Assembly (NCBI GenBank): GCA_041082215.1
Contig: JBDOIF010000006.1
Location: 62,001 to 117,731 of the forward strand
DNA: 55,731 nt
Direction of reading: 5' to 3'
DNA from: Anaerolineae bacterium
Lineage (GTDB): Bacteria; Chloroflexota; Anaerolineae; B4-G1; DUEL01
In this document: positions 28,040 to 36,520 of the stretch, one piece after another
Numbering within the stretch: position 1 is the first letter of the stretch
Layout of the letters: each line of letters opens with the position of its first letter
The notes under the pieces: model-generated
Told to the model about the DNA's origin: nothing
The model's input: only the letters and a program-made list of their open reading frames with translations
Database searches by the model: none
Position numbers and translations under genes: made by a program

Positions 28040-29154
28040 CGCCGACCTCCCTGGTATTCCATCCGCAGGACCGGCTTAACTACACGGCCGGCTTCCATAT
28101 CCTTCACCGCCCGGTTGATTTCCTCAAACGGATAGAACGTGATCAACCGGTCGAAGGGGAAACGCCCCTGGCGATACAGTTCTACGAGCCTGGGGATGAA
28201 CAGATCGGGGATGGCGTCGCCCCCCAGGATTCCCCGGACGGTCCGACCGTTCATCAAGAGGTCCATATCCAGGGCGACCTCCGTGCCGGGCGGCACAACG
28301 CCCACCAGTCCGCACACACCCAGGCGGGGCAGAGAGTCCACCGCCTGCCGCAGCACCCTGGGATTGCCCACGCACTCCAGGCTGAACTGGACCCCGCCGC
28401 CGGTGATCTCCCGGATCGCCTCCACAGGGTTTACCTCGGCGGCGTTGACGGTGTGTGTGGCGCCCAGCTCCTTGGCCAGCTCCAGGCGGTCCGGGTTGAC
28501 GTCCACAGCGATGATGGTCGTACAGCCGCACACCCTGGCGGCCAGAACGGCGCTCATCCCCACCGTGCCGGCGCCGAACACGGCGATGGAATCCCCGGGC
28601 CGGGCCTGAAGCGAATGGATGACGGCGCCTGCGCCGGTCATCACGCCGCAGCCCATCGGCGCCAGGACCTCCAGGGGCACGTCGTCCGGCACCTTGACCA
28701 CATTCCGCTCGCTGGCCAGGGCGAAATTTGCGAATGAGGACTGGCAGAAAAAGGAGCCGTGGACCACCTGATCGCCCCTGTGGAGAGTTGCGCTACCGTC
28801 GGGGCGAGCGCCGTGGAAGTTGTGCAGGAAGAAGTTCAGGCAGTAGAGGACCTTACCGGCCCGGCATGCGGGGCATGTCCCGCAGTAGTCCCAGGTCAGC
28901 ACCACCGAGTCGCCCGGCCTGACCCGGGTGACACGCGCTCCGACCCTCTCCACGATGCCGGCCCCCTCATGGCCGAAGACGCTCGGCGGTGCGGGGATCG
29001 GCAGATGGCCGTCCCGGGCCCCCAGGTCGGTGTGGCAGATGCCCGAAGCGACCATGCGGACCAACACCTCATCTTCCCTCGGCTCGTCCAGCTCCAGTTG
29101 CTCGATCCTGAAATCCCCACCCGTTTCCCAGACGACGGCCGCTTGGACCTTCAT
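28036..29154 (-). CDS. Zn-dependent alcohol dehydrogenase, aryl/benzyl-alcohol dehydrogenase-like
   Basis: GICHTD, GHEGAG, CxxCxxC structural Zn, FFCQSSFA, APMGCGVMTGAG, GAGTVG, GRFPFDRLI. Confidence 0.88.
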   Translation of the reverse strand: MKVQAAVVWETGGDFRIEQLELDEPREDEVLVRMVASGICHTDLGARDGHLPIPAPPSVFGHEGAGIVERVGARVTRVRPGDSVVLTWDYCGTCPACRAGKVLYCLNFFLHNFHGARPDGSATLHRGDQVVHGSFFCQSSFANFALASERNVVKVPDDVPLEVLAPMGCGVMTGAGAVIHSLQARPGDSIAVFGAGTVGMSAVLAARVCGCTTIIAVDVNPDRLELAKELGATHTVNAAEVNPVEAIREITGGGVQFSLECVGNPRVLRQAVDSLPRLGVCGLVGVVPPGTEVALDMDLLMNGRTVRGILGGDAIPDLFIPRLVELYRQGRFPFDRLITFYPFEEINRAVKDMEAGRVVKPVLRMEYQGGRR

Positions 29155-29183
29155 ACGTCCCCTCCCTTTTCGATCCAGGTTAT

Positions 29184-29225
29184 GAGCCCCGACAGGCCCC
29201 CGATGGAGGGAGCCTGTCGGGGCCC
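29184..29225. terminator. Intergenic stem-loop within operon
   Basis: gccccgacaggc...gcctgtcggggc arms between the URO-D gene and the ADH gene; no clear U-tract. Confidence 0.4.
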
Positions 29226-29240
29226 GTTTCCGACGCCCCA

Positions 29241-30581
29241 TCAGTACACGCCGTACTCTTTGGCTGCCTCGATCATCGCCTTGACATTCTCCGGCCTGGC
29301 TTCGTCGAAGAAAGAGCCGTTGGCAACGATGAGGCCGCCGTCTTTTCCGGCTACTTCTATGATCCGCCTGACGTACTCCTTCACCTCCTCCGGGGTTCCC
29401 AGATTCAGCAGAGCGGACGGCACATTGCCGAGGAGGCAGGCATTCTGGCCGAGGGTTTTCTTGACGTCGGCCATATCGGTCAGGTCAATCATCCACACCG
29501 TCTTGCCCCTCGGGAGGTCCTTCACAACCTCCAGGCGGGAGCTGTAGCCTCCTTCGGCCGCCGGGAGCGGCACGCACCCGCCCTCGATCAGGCCCAGAAT
29601 GACCTCTTTCAGGGTGGGCCAGTAGAATTTCCGGAAGTGCTCGTCGGAGAGGAAGCCGTCGGCGCCCTTGTGGAGCGGGATGAAGATGAGCGGATTACCG
29701 GTGGCCTGGGCCGAGTTGACCCCCATCTGGATCATCAGCGGCGTGAGGACTTCCATGGCCTTGAGGAGCTTTTCCGGCCGTCGGTAGATATCCACCATGA
29801 TCCCCTTGGTGCCCCGCAGCGTATCGCCGATGACATCAAACGGGGCCTTGGTGAACCCGCCCAGGAGCGTCGGATACCCGAGGGTGGCCAGCTCAACGTC
29901 CACACCACCGATAGGGGTGACCCATTTCAGGGCTTCGGCCCCGGCTTCAAAGAGGGCCTGGAACGTCGCCTGAACGGGGGGCAGGCCGAAGGGGATGAAG
30001 GTGAGGGCCAGGCCGTACATCTCCAGGATGCCGGGGAAGAACGGGAGCATGGGGAAGCCGCCCAGCGCCCCGAACACGCGCGGCAGGTAGACGTGGATGA
30101 AATAGCCCGTGGGGTCCTGAATCAGGGCATCGTACTCCTCCGGCTTCATGTACTCGCCCTCGTTGCACTGGTAACAGTGCTCCGGGGCTACGCCGTGGCC
30201 CGGCCAGGAGTACAGCTTGTAGTCGAGGATCTCAAAGAACTTCCCCGGGCCAGGTGCATATGCGCCCCACTGCAGGTCCGGATCGAAGTCCAGGATAAAT
30301 TTCTTGAACGCCGCGGCGCACCTTTCGTAATCGTACATAGCCTCCTGGACGGTCATCCCGGCGTACTTCCAGGGGAACATGCTGGGGAAAACAGTCACCG
30401 GCACCCGGTCCGGCAACTTCTCCATCTCAATCGCTGTCCTGACCCGGAGGACCCGCTCCTTATATTTCTTCTCCGCCTCCGGACTCTGGAAGGGGAGGGG
30501 ATTCCCCTGGGGGTCTTTCGGCGAGAGTTTTCCCTGCCAGAGTGCTTCTCGCTTTTCGTCGGGCGACAACTGATGGTTCAT
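29241..30581 (-). CDS. Uroporphyrinogen decarboxylase-family (MtaA/CmuA-type) corrinoid methyltransferase
   Basis: PDRVPV, EYMKPEEYD, PFDVIGDTLRG, IFIPLHKG, FRKFYWP, GNVP, GTPEEV, PENVKAM; adjacent to a corrinoid protein. Confidence 0.85.
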   Translation of the reverse strand: MNHQLSPDEKREALWQGKLSPKDPQGNPLPFQSPEAEKKYKERVLRVRTAIEMEKLPDRVPVTVFPSMFPWKYAGMTVQEAMYDYERCAAAFKKFILDFDPDLQWGAYAPGPGKFFEILDYKLYSWPGHGVAPEHCYQCNEGEYMKPEEYDALIQDPTGYFIHVYLPRVFGALGGFPMLPFFPGILEMYGLALTFIPFGLPPVQATFQALFEAGAEALKWVTPIGGVDVELATLGYPTLLGGFTKAPFDVIGDTLRGTKGIMVDIYRRPEKLLKAMEVLTPLMIQMGVNSAQATGNPLIFIPLHKGADGFLSDEHFRKFYWPTLKEVILGLIEGGCVPLPAAEGGYSSRLEVVKDLPRGKTVWMIDLTDMADVKKTLGQNACLLGNVPSALLNLGTPEEVKEYVRRIIEVAGKDGGLIVANGSFFDEARPENVKAMIEAAKEYGVY

Positions 30582-30614
30582 TTTCGCTACCTCCGTTGCG
30601 CTGCTGAAGGGTGT

Positions 30615-31247
30615 TTACTGGACGCCGACCCACTTCTTGGCCAGGGATACGCCCGATACGGCGTCTCGCCCATAGGCATCAGCGCCAACGTACTGGCTGA
30701 CCTGTTCGTTCACCTGACCACCGCCGATCATGATCTTCACCTGGCCCCGCAGGCCAGCCGCCTTGATGGCGTCAACGGTCTCTTTCATGGATTCGAAGGC
30801 CAGGGTCAGGAATCCGCTCAGGCCGACCACCTGAGGTTGAAAATCTCGGAGGGCTTCCACGAACTTCTGTGGAGGGACATCTACGCCCAGGTCGAGGACC
30901 TCAAAGCCGTTGGCGTCCAGCATGAAGCAGACAATGTTCTTGCCGATATCGTGGATGTCCCCTTTGACGGTGCCCATGAGCACCTTACCGAGCCGTCTGA
31001 CCTCCGGGGATTCGGCCAGTTTGGGCTTGAGGATTTCCGCGATCTGACCCATCATCTCGCCCGCCAGCATCAGTTCTGGCAGGAAATAGATGCCCTTCTC
31101 GTACCGCTGGCCGATGATGTCCATAGCCTGCCGGGCGGCATCCAGAATCGCCATAGGCTTTGCGCCTTTCGCCAGCATATCCCGGACCATCTGGATAGCC
31201 TCTTCCTCCCGCATATCCGCGATGGCATTGACCAGTCCTTCTGACAT
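30615..31247 (-). CDS. Cobalamin-binding corrinoid protein (MtaC/MtvC/MtoC-like)
   Basis: YFLPELM cap domain, GTVKGDIHDIGKN (DxHxxG), DLGVDV, LSG, IMIGG, GADAY. Confidence 0.94.
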   Translation of the reverse strand: MSEGLVNAIADMREEEAIQMVRDMLAKGAKPMAILDAARQAMDIIGQRYEKGIYFLPELMLAGEMMGQIAEILKPKLAESPEVRRLGKVLMGTVKGDIHDIGKNIVCFMLDANGFEVLDLGVDVPPQKFVEALRDFQPQVVGLSGFLTLAFESMKETVDAIKAAGLRGQVKIMIGGGQVNEQVSQYVGADAYGRDAVSGVSLAKKWVGVQ

Positions 31248-31517
31248 TGTACCCTCCTGTCAAAAAGATGTGGTTATGAAACTGCCATTCCCCGATTGAC
31301 CGGACCGTTCAGGTAAATTCAGAGACCTCCTTTCATTGGGCAGGACTTACACCGTTTCGCTGGTTTTTTTACCCTAGAAGGCATATCCGAATCTCACAGG
31401 ATAAACAGGGAAGCCAGGAGCGAGTGCGGCATGTTTTCTGGTAAGGAAGGGATGATGTATGCAGCCTGCATGTGGCCTGGACGCTCCGACACTGCCCGGC
31501 AAGTCCAGACACAGTAA

Positions 31518-31546
31518 ATGGTACACTTATATAGGGAAGTTGTCAA
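31518..31546 (-). promoter_or_regulatory. Second (downstream) sigma70-type promoter for the corrinoid operon
   Basis: TTGACA (31546-31541), 17 nt, TACCAT (31523-31518). Confidence 0.55.
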
Positions 31547-31575
31547 ACGCCAAACAAACTGCACGAAGTCATATG

Positions 31576-31629
31576 CCGAATGCATTCGGTGAACATCTTT
31601 AGTATACATCAATTCGGTGGATTTGTCAA
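31576..31629 (-). promoter_or_regulatory. sigma70 promoter plus palindromic operator (likely TetR site)
   Basis: TTGACA (31629-31624), 17 nt, TATACT (31606-31601); perfect palindrome CCGAATGCATTCGG at 31576-31589; extra half-site at 31612-31619. Confidence 0.85.
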
Positions 31630-31662
31630 TGCCGCTTTGGGTTTTGGGAGTTTGGGTTCGAC

Positions 31663-31691
31663 TTGACTTAGAACGTATGTTCCTATATAAT
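31663..31691 (+). promoter_or_regulatory. lexA promoter with SOS box
   Basis: TTGACT 31663-31668, 17 nt, TATAAT 31686-31691; GAAC-GTAT-GTTC (31671-31682) lies in the spacer. Confidence 0.88.
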
Positions 31692-31722
31692 GAACGTGTA
31701 AGGAAAAGCAGGAGGTGAGGAG

Positions 31723-32397
31723 ATGGAAGAACGATGGAATCGGCTGACGAAGCGACAACAGCGCATCCTCCGCTATATCTGGGAATCCATCACCGGTCGG
31801 GGTTACCCACCCTCGATCCGGGAGATCGGTCAGGCGGTGGGCATCTCCTCCACCTCCGTCGTCAACTACAATCTGGAGCGGCTGGAGCAGGAAGGGCTGA
31901 TCGAGCGGGACCGGGGGTACTCCCGCGGCCTGCGGCTTTCGGCGGGGGGGGAATCGCTCTTCTCCTCGTTAGAACCAGATGAAAAGGTTGTCTCCGTACC
32001 CCTGCTGGGCGTGATCGTCGCTGGCGAGCCGATCCCCATCCCCCCCTCCGACTTCTCATTGATGGGGGTTGAAGAGACGGTTGAGCTGACCCGCGGTATC
32101 CTGGGAGACCCCGACAGGCTCTTCGCGCTGCGCGTCCAGGGAGACTCAATGATAGATGCCCTCATCCACGACGGGGATATCGTCATCCTGCGGCAGGTCC
32201 CCCGGGTGGAGAACGGCGAGATGGCAGCGGTCTGGCTATCGGACCGGGAGGAGACAACGCTGAAACGGGTGTACTGGGAGGGAGGCCGGGTCCGCCTGCA
32301 GCCGGCCAACCCGTTGATGGAGCCGATCTACATAGACGACCCAACTAAGGTGGAGGTGCAGGGCAAGGTGGTGATGGTGATCCGACGGCTCCACTGA
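31723..32397 (+). CDS. lexA: SOS repressor LexA
   Basis: LTKRQ, GYPPSIREIG, STSVV, AG cleavage site, GDSMIDA Ser, TLKR Lys, LQPANP. Confidence 0.96.
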   Translation: MEERWNRLTKRQQRILRYIWESITGRGYPPSIREIGQAVGISSTSVVNYNLERLEQEGLIERDRGYSRGLRLSAGGESLFSSLEPDEKVVSVPLLGVIVAGEPIPIPPSDFSLMGVEETVELTRGILGDPDRLFALRVQGDSMIDALIHDGDIVILRQVPRVENGEMAAVWLSDREETTLKRVYWEGGRVRLQPANPLMEPIYIDDPTKVEVQGKVVMVIRRLH

Positions 32398-32406
32398 GCC
32401 GCCTCT

Positions 32407-33051
32407 CTATCCCTGCTGCCCACCTCCAGAGGAAGGCGACAGGTCAAACCGGGTCCGCAGTTTTTCCACCAGGCGGAAGCGATCCTCCGCCTCTCTCCCG
32501 AAACCCGCGGCCTGGTAAGCCCTTCCTACCCCCTCGTGAATATCCGGTTCCAGGGGTTGGAGGGCAGATGCCCGCTCCAGGTATGGGAGGGCTTCCTCCG
32601 GGCGGTTCTGGTAAAGAAGGACCATTCCCAGATGATAGTAGCCCCAGGCAAAGGCCGGTTCCCCCTCTTCCGGATCCACCACCCGTCGCAGAGCCGCCTC
32701 CGCTTCCCCCAGCCGCCCGGCGCGCAGGTGGAGCATCGCCTGGCGGAAGCAGTCATCTACCAGACGAAAATGGCCGTATTTTTCCAACTGACCGAAGAAG
32801 GAGGAAATATCGAAATCAAAGGTCCGCTCCACCCCACAGGACTCGCACCGGGCCTTCAGCCGGTCCACAGGCCCGGAGGGGGAAATGTGCAGCTCCTGGC
32901 TTACCGTGGCGAAATACCCACCACATTCGCACCGCTGATTGGCAACATAAACGTACTCAAAGGTAACGCTGTTGACGGGGATCAGGCCCTCTTGCACCCT
33001 GTACCTGCCTTTGCAGTTTTCCCCCTCCGGGGCCGCCTGCCCCTCGGGCAC
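32407..33051 (-). CDS. Hypothetical protein: Cys-rich Zn-ribbon-like domain plus TPR repeats
   Basis: CECGG...CESCG followed by TPR-like helices (AWGYYHLGMVL...EALPYLERA). Promoter TTGACA-17-TACACT at 33089-33061. Start uncertain. Confidence 0.65.
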   Translation of the reverse strand: MPEGQAAPEGENCKGRYRVQEGLIPVNSVTFEYVYVANQRCECGGYFATVSQELHISPSGPVDRLKARCESCGVERTFDFDISSFFGQLEKYGHFRLVDDCFRQAMLHLRAGRLGEAEAALRRVVDPEEGEPAFAWGYYHLGMVLLYQNRPEEALPYLERASALQPLEPDIHEGVGRAYQAAGFGREAEDRFRLVEKLRTRFDLSPSSGGGQQG

Positions 33052-33195
33052 TCGTAGGGGAGTGTATCACGAAAGAGGAGAAGTGTCAAAGGAAGCTGAT
33101 GCGATGGATGTCGTTTTGACTTTTCCCTCTTTTTGGTGTAAGATAAAAAAGAGCCGACAATGCACCCAACATCACAGCTCAGTAAGGAGGCTACC

Positions 33196-33612
33196 ATGTT
33201 CCATACCATCATCATTGCAGGGCATCTGGGGCGCGACCCCGAGATGCGCTACCTGCCCAACGGGACGCCGGTCACCAACTTCTCCGTGGCGTCCACCCGG
33301 CGGTGGCCCACTCAGGACGGCTCCATCCAGGAGGAGACGATCTGGTTCCGCGTCTCCGCCTTTGGGAAGCTGGCCGAGACCTGCGCCCAGTACCTGGCCA
33401 AAGGTCGGCCGGTGCTGGTCGAAGGGCGGCTCCGCCCCGATGAGACCGGCGGCCCTCGCCTCTGGACCGGGCAGGACGGCACGGTCCGCGCCTCCTTTGA
33501 GGTCGTGGCCAATACTGTCCGCTTCCTGGGGCGCCGTGAGGAGGCCCCCGGGCCTGAAGTAGAGGTTCCGGAATACGAGGAGCCGCTGGAAGAAGAAGAG
33601 ATCCCCTTCTAG
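33196..33612 (+). CDS. ssb: Single-stranded DNA-binding protein
   Basis: GHLGRDPEMRY, NFSVA, WFRV, LVEGRL, acidic tail EEIPF. Promoter TTGACT-17-TAAGAT at 33116-33144. Confidence 0.96.
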   Translation: MFHTIIIAGHLGRDPEMRYLPNGTPVTNFSVASTRRWPTQDGSIQEETIWFRVSAFGKLAETCAQYLAKGRPVLVEGRLRPDETGGPRLWTGQDGTVRASFEVVANTVRFLGRREEAPGPEVEVPEYEEPLEEEEIPF

Positions 33613-33625
33613 CCTTCCGAAAATA

Positions 33626-33690
33626 CGACCGGGGTGGTCCGTCCACCCCGGTCCGGTTGCTATCTGTGGGGCGACCCCCTGGGGTCGCCC
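33626..33690. terminator. Two GC-rich hairpins between convergent ssb and dtd
   Basis: gaccggggtgg-tccgt-ccaccccggtc and gggcgacccc-ct-ggggtcgccc. Confidence 0.55.
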
Positions 33691-34128
33691 TTATCTTTCC
33701 AGCATCACCGTTACCGGCCCGTCGTTGTGGATCTCCACCAGCATGTGGGCACCGAACTCGCCGGTCTGCACCGGCACGCCCGCGCGGGCCAGCGCCTGGG
33801 CGAAATGAGCCACCAGCGGCTCCGCCACCTCCGGCGGCGCGGCATCGGTGAAAGAGGGGCGACGGCCCCTCCGGGCATCGGCGTACAGGGTGAACTGAGA
33901 GATCACCAGTGCCTCTCCCCCCACGTCCAGAAGCCCGGCGTTCATCCGCCCCTCGGCGTCCTCAAAGATACGCAGCCCGGCCACCTTCTGCGCCAGCCAC
34001 TCCGCCTGCTCCTCGGTGTCGCCGTGCGTCACCCCTACCAGCACCACCACCCCGGGGCCGATGGCCCCCACCAGCCGCTCGTCCACCCTCACCGAGGCCC
34101 GTCGGACCCGTTGTACCAGCGCGCGCAT
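33691..34128 (-). CDS. dtd: D-aminoacyl-tRNA deacylase
   Basis: [30 protein letters not shown]. Confidence 0.96.
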   Translation of the reverse strand: MRALVQRVRRASVRVDERLVGAIGPGVVVLVGVTHGDTEEQAEWLAQKVAGLRIFEDAEGRMNAGLLDVGGEALVISQFTLYADARRGRRPSFTDAAPPEVAEPLVAHFAQALARAGVPVQTGEFGAHMLVEIHNDGPVTVMLER

Positions 34129-34129
34129 C

Positions 34130-34582
34130 CTACGCTTCCCTCCGCACCAATCCGTCCATCCTCCGGATCAGATCAACCAGCGCCGGAGGCTCGCCCGGAG
34201 CACCATCCGTGGCGACCACTGTCTTCATCCCTCCCTCCGTCCGGATGCTGAGGGCGTAGATCGTCCCGCCGGAGTCCGGATCGTTCGGCAGGTAGAGGTC
34301 CTCCATCTCAAAGAACCCCGCCTGCTCCACCTGCTCCATCAACACCATCAGCGCCTCGGGGTCCAGATACCCCTCCGTCGCATCCCCGTGCACCACCCAC
34401 CCGTCGGCGTAGATCTCCCACCGTTCGTAGCTCCCGCTCTCCCCGTTGACCCGTTCGTAGACGATAAGGGGGAGGCCAGATGGGGCAGACAAAGGGGGCA
34501 ACTGGACCGTGGGGGTGGTGGGCTGGCAGGCGATCAGCAGGACCAGAGGCATCAGCAGCAAGAGCCTCCCTGCGCGGCGCAT
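34130..34582 (-). CDS. Hypothetical lipoprotein
   Basis: Signal with lipobox LIAC; operonic with trpS and dtd. Confidence 0.65.
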   Translation of the reverse strand: MRRAGRLLLLMPLVLLIACQPTTPTVQLPPLSAPSGLPLIVYERVNGESGSYERWEIYADGWVVHGDATEGYLDPEALMVLMEQVEQAGFFEMEDLYLPNDPDSGGTIYALSIRTEGGMKTVVATDGAPGEPPALVDLIRRMDGLVRREA

Positions 34583-34619
34583 CTTTCCCTTCACCGTTGC
34601 AGGCGCGATGTGACCGACA

Positions 34620-35615
34620 CTAACCTGCAGAGGGCAACCCTACCGCCGCCTTGACCTCGGCGATAACCCCGGAGGCGATCGTCGAGGCGCGGCGGGCGCC
34701 GTCGGCCAGGACATCCCACACCAGGTTCGGGTCGGCCGCCAGCTCTGCCCGGCGCGCGCGGAAGGGGGCGAAATGGTCGGCCAGGTTTCGCGCAAAGAGC
34801 CGCTTGCATTCCACACAGCCGATCCGCGCCGACCGGCAGTCCTCCTCAATCTGCGCCACCTGCGCGGCGGAAAAGAAGCCGTGGAGGGTGAAGACGTTGC
34901 AGACCTCCGGATGGCCAGGGTCGGAGCGGTAGCGGCGGGCCGGGTCGGTGACCATCTGCATCACCCGCTGCTCGATCTCCTCCGGCGAGGCCGCGATCTC
35001 GATATGGTTATCCAGCGATTTGCTCATTTTCTGCTGGCCGTCTATCCCCAGCACTTTCGGGAAGTCCGTGTACTTGGCCTGAGGCTCGACCAGCACTTCG
35101 CCAAACTGATGGTTGAACCGCCGGACGATCTCCCGCGTGAACTCCAGGTGAGGGGCCTGGTCCACCCCCACCGGGACCGTATCGGCCCTGTACAGCGTGA
35201 TGTCGGCAGCCATCAGCACCGGATACCCCACCAGCCCGTAGTTGACGTTATCCGGTTGCTGACGCACCTTCTCCTTGAACGTGGGCAGGCGGGTCAGCCA
35301 GCCCAGCGGAGTGACCATCGAGAGAATCGTATGGAGTTCCGTCACCTGGGGCACGTGGGATTGGACGAAAAGAATGGTCCCCCGATCAGGGTCAATCCCC
35401 GCCGCCAGCCAGTCCAGCGCCATCTCGTAGGTCCATTCCTGCAACTTGTCCGTGTCCCTCAGCGTGGTGAGCGCATGGAGGTCCACAATGCAGTAGACGC
35501 AATCGTAATCATCCTGCAGGGCTACATAGTTACGGATGGCGCCCAGGTAGTTGCCCAGGTGCTGACGGCCCGTGGGCCGGGCACCGGAGAAAACACGTCC
35601 TCTCTTTGCACCCAT
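34620..35615 (-). CDS. trpS: Tryptophan--tRNA ligase
   Basis: SGARPTG.HLGNYLG, YPVLMAADI, VPVGVDQ, KMSKS. Confidence 0.97.
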   Translation of the reverse strand: MGAKRGRVFSGARPTGRQHLGNYLGAIRNYVALQDDYDCVYCIVDLHALTTLRDTDKLQEWTYEMALDWLAAGIDPDRGTILFVQSHVPQVTELHTILSMVTPLGWLTRLPTFKEKVRQQPDNVNYGLVGYPVLMAADITLYRADTVPVGVDQAPHLEFTREIVRRFNHQFGEVLVEPQAKYTDFPKVLGIDGQQKMSKSLDNHIEIAASPEEIEQRVMQMVTDPARRYRSDPGHPEVCNVFTLHGFFSAAQVAQIEEDCRSARIGCVECKRLFARNLADHFAPFRARRAELAADPNLVWDVLADGARRASTIASGVIAEVKAAVGLPSAG

Positions 35616-35824
35616 GGAGCTCCCCTTGCCTCCTTAAAGCCTGTTCGAAAACATCCGCAGGACAGCCCTTCCAGCCTGCTCCACTCGCCTGTCCCCTGAT
35701 AGTGTACCACAGGAGGGATTGGGGGACAAGCCCCGCTTGCGTTCCCCCCACCATCTTCTATAATAACCTTCAAGCCCCCGAAGGGTGGGATCGGTGTGTC
35801 CGGCAAGCCGAAAGGAGAGGCGCG

Positions 35825-36457
35825 ATGAGAGAGCGATTGGACAGGATGTGGCGGGCTTTTGCTAACTTCGCCATCCTCTTTTCATTCATCGTCAACTGCG
35901 TGCTGGTGCTCACCCTGCTTCTGGCGATCGGCCCCCTGCTACAGATGAAAAGCAGCCTGCTGGAACCGCTGCTCCACAACCTGGACCAGGCCTTCCTGGG
36001 GCTGGCGGAGACGAACATCCGGACAACGGTGAGCGTTGATCAGCCCATCGGCATCCGCTTCGACCTGCCGCTGGATCAGCCGCTGGACCTGAATTTCGAG
36101 CTGCCCATCCGCCAGCAGACACAGGTCCGCCTGACAGCCCCGACCCGCGTGGAGAACGTGCAAATCTCCTTCTACCTCCCCGGCGGCGGAGGGGTGATCA
36201 ACGGCACAGGCTCGATCGTCCTCCCTCAGGGCGCGGTCTTGCCGGTGGAGCTGGATATGGTCGTGCCGGTGCAGAAGACGATCCCCGTCCAGATGACGGT
36301 GCCGGTGAGCCAGTCCGTGCCGGTGGAGATGAGCATCCCCGTCTCGATCCAGTTGGGGGAGGCAGGGCTGGACCCGGCGGTGCAGCGGCTGCGGGACGTC
36401 TTCACGCCGGTACGTGCGCTGGTGGAGAGCCTGCCGGATGGCTTCCGCTTCAAGTAG
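35825..36457 (+). CDS. Hypothetical membrane-anchored protein with Pro/Val-rich beta repeats
   Basis: N-terminal TM helix; repeated (V/I/L)P(V/I)x(L/M)x(V/I)P pattern; RBS AGGAGAGG. Confidence 0.7.
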   Translation: MRERLDRMWRAFANFAILFSFIVNCVLVLTLLLAIGPLLQMKSSLLEPLLHNLDQAFLGLAETNIRTTVSVDQPIGIRFDLPLDQPLDLNFELPIRQQTQVRLTAPTRVENVQISFYLPGGGGVINGTGSIVLPQGAVLPVELDMVVPVQKTIPVQMTVPVSQSVPVEMSIPVSIQLGEAGLDPAVQRLRDVFTPVRALVESLPDGFRFK

Positions 36458-36497
36458 GACGCGGAGACACCCTGCGTCTCCCCGCCCCTGTGTCTCC
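36457..36497. repeat. REP-like GGACGCGGAGA-family element
   Basis: ggacgcggagacac...gcgtctc...gtgtctcc; related to 38696-38752. Confidence 0.5.
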
Positions 36498-36520
36498 TTC
36501 TCTCCGACAGGAGGTGCACG

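Noticed and set aside
29241..30581. Calling it hemE
   Set aside because: Longer than HemE, lacks the RQAGR motif, and is adjacent to a corrinoid protein.
31248..31520. Cobalamin riboswitch upstream of the corrinoid gene
   Set aside because: No B12-box or conserved core recognisable by eye.
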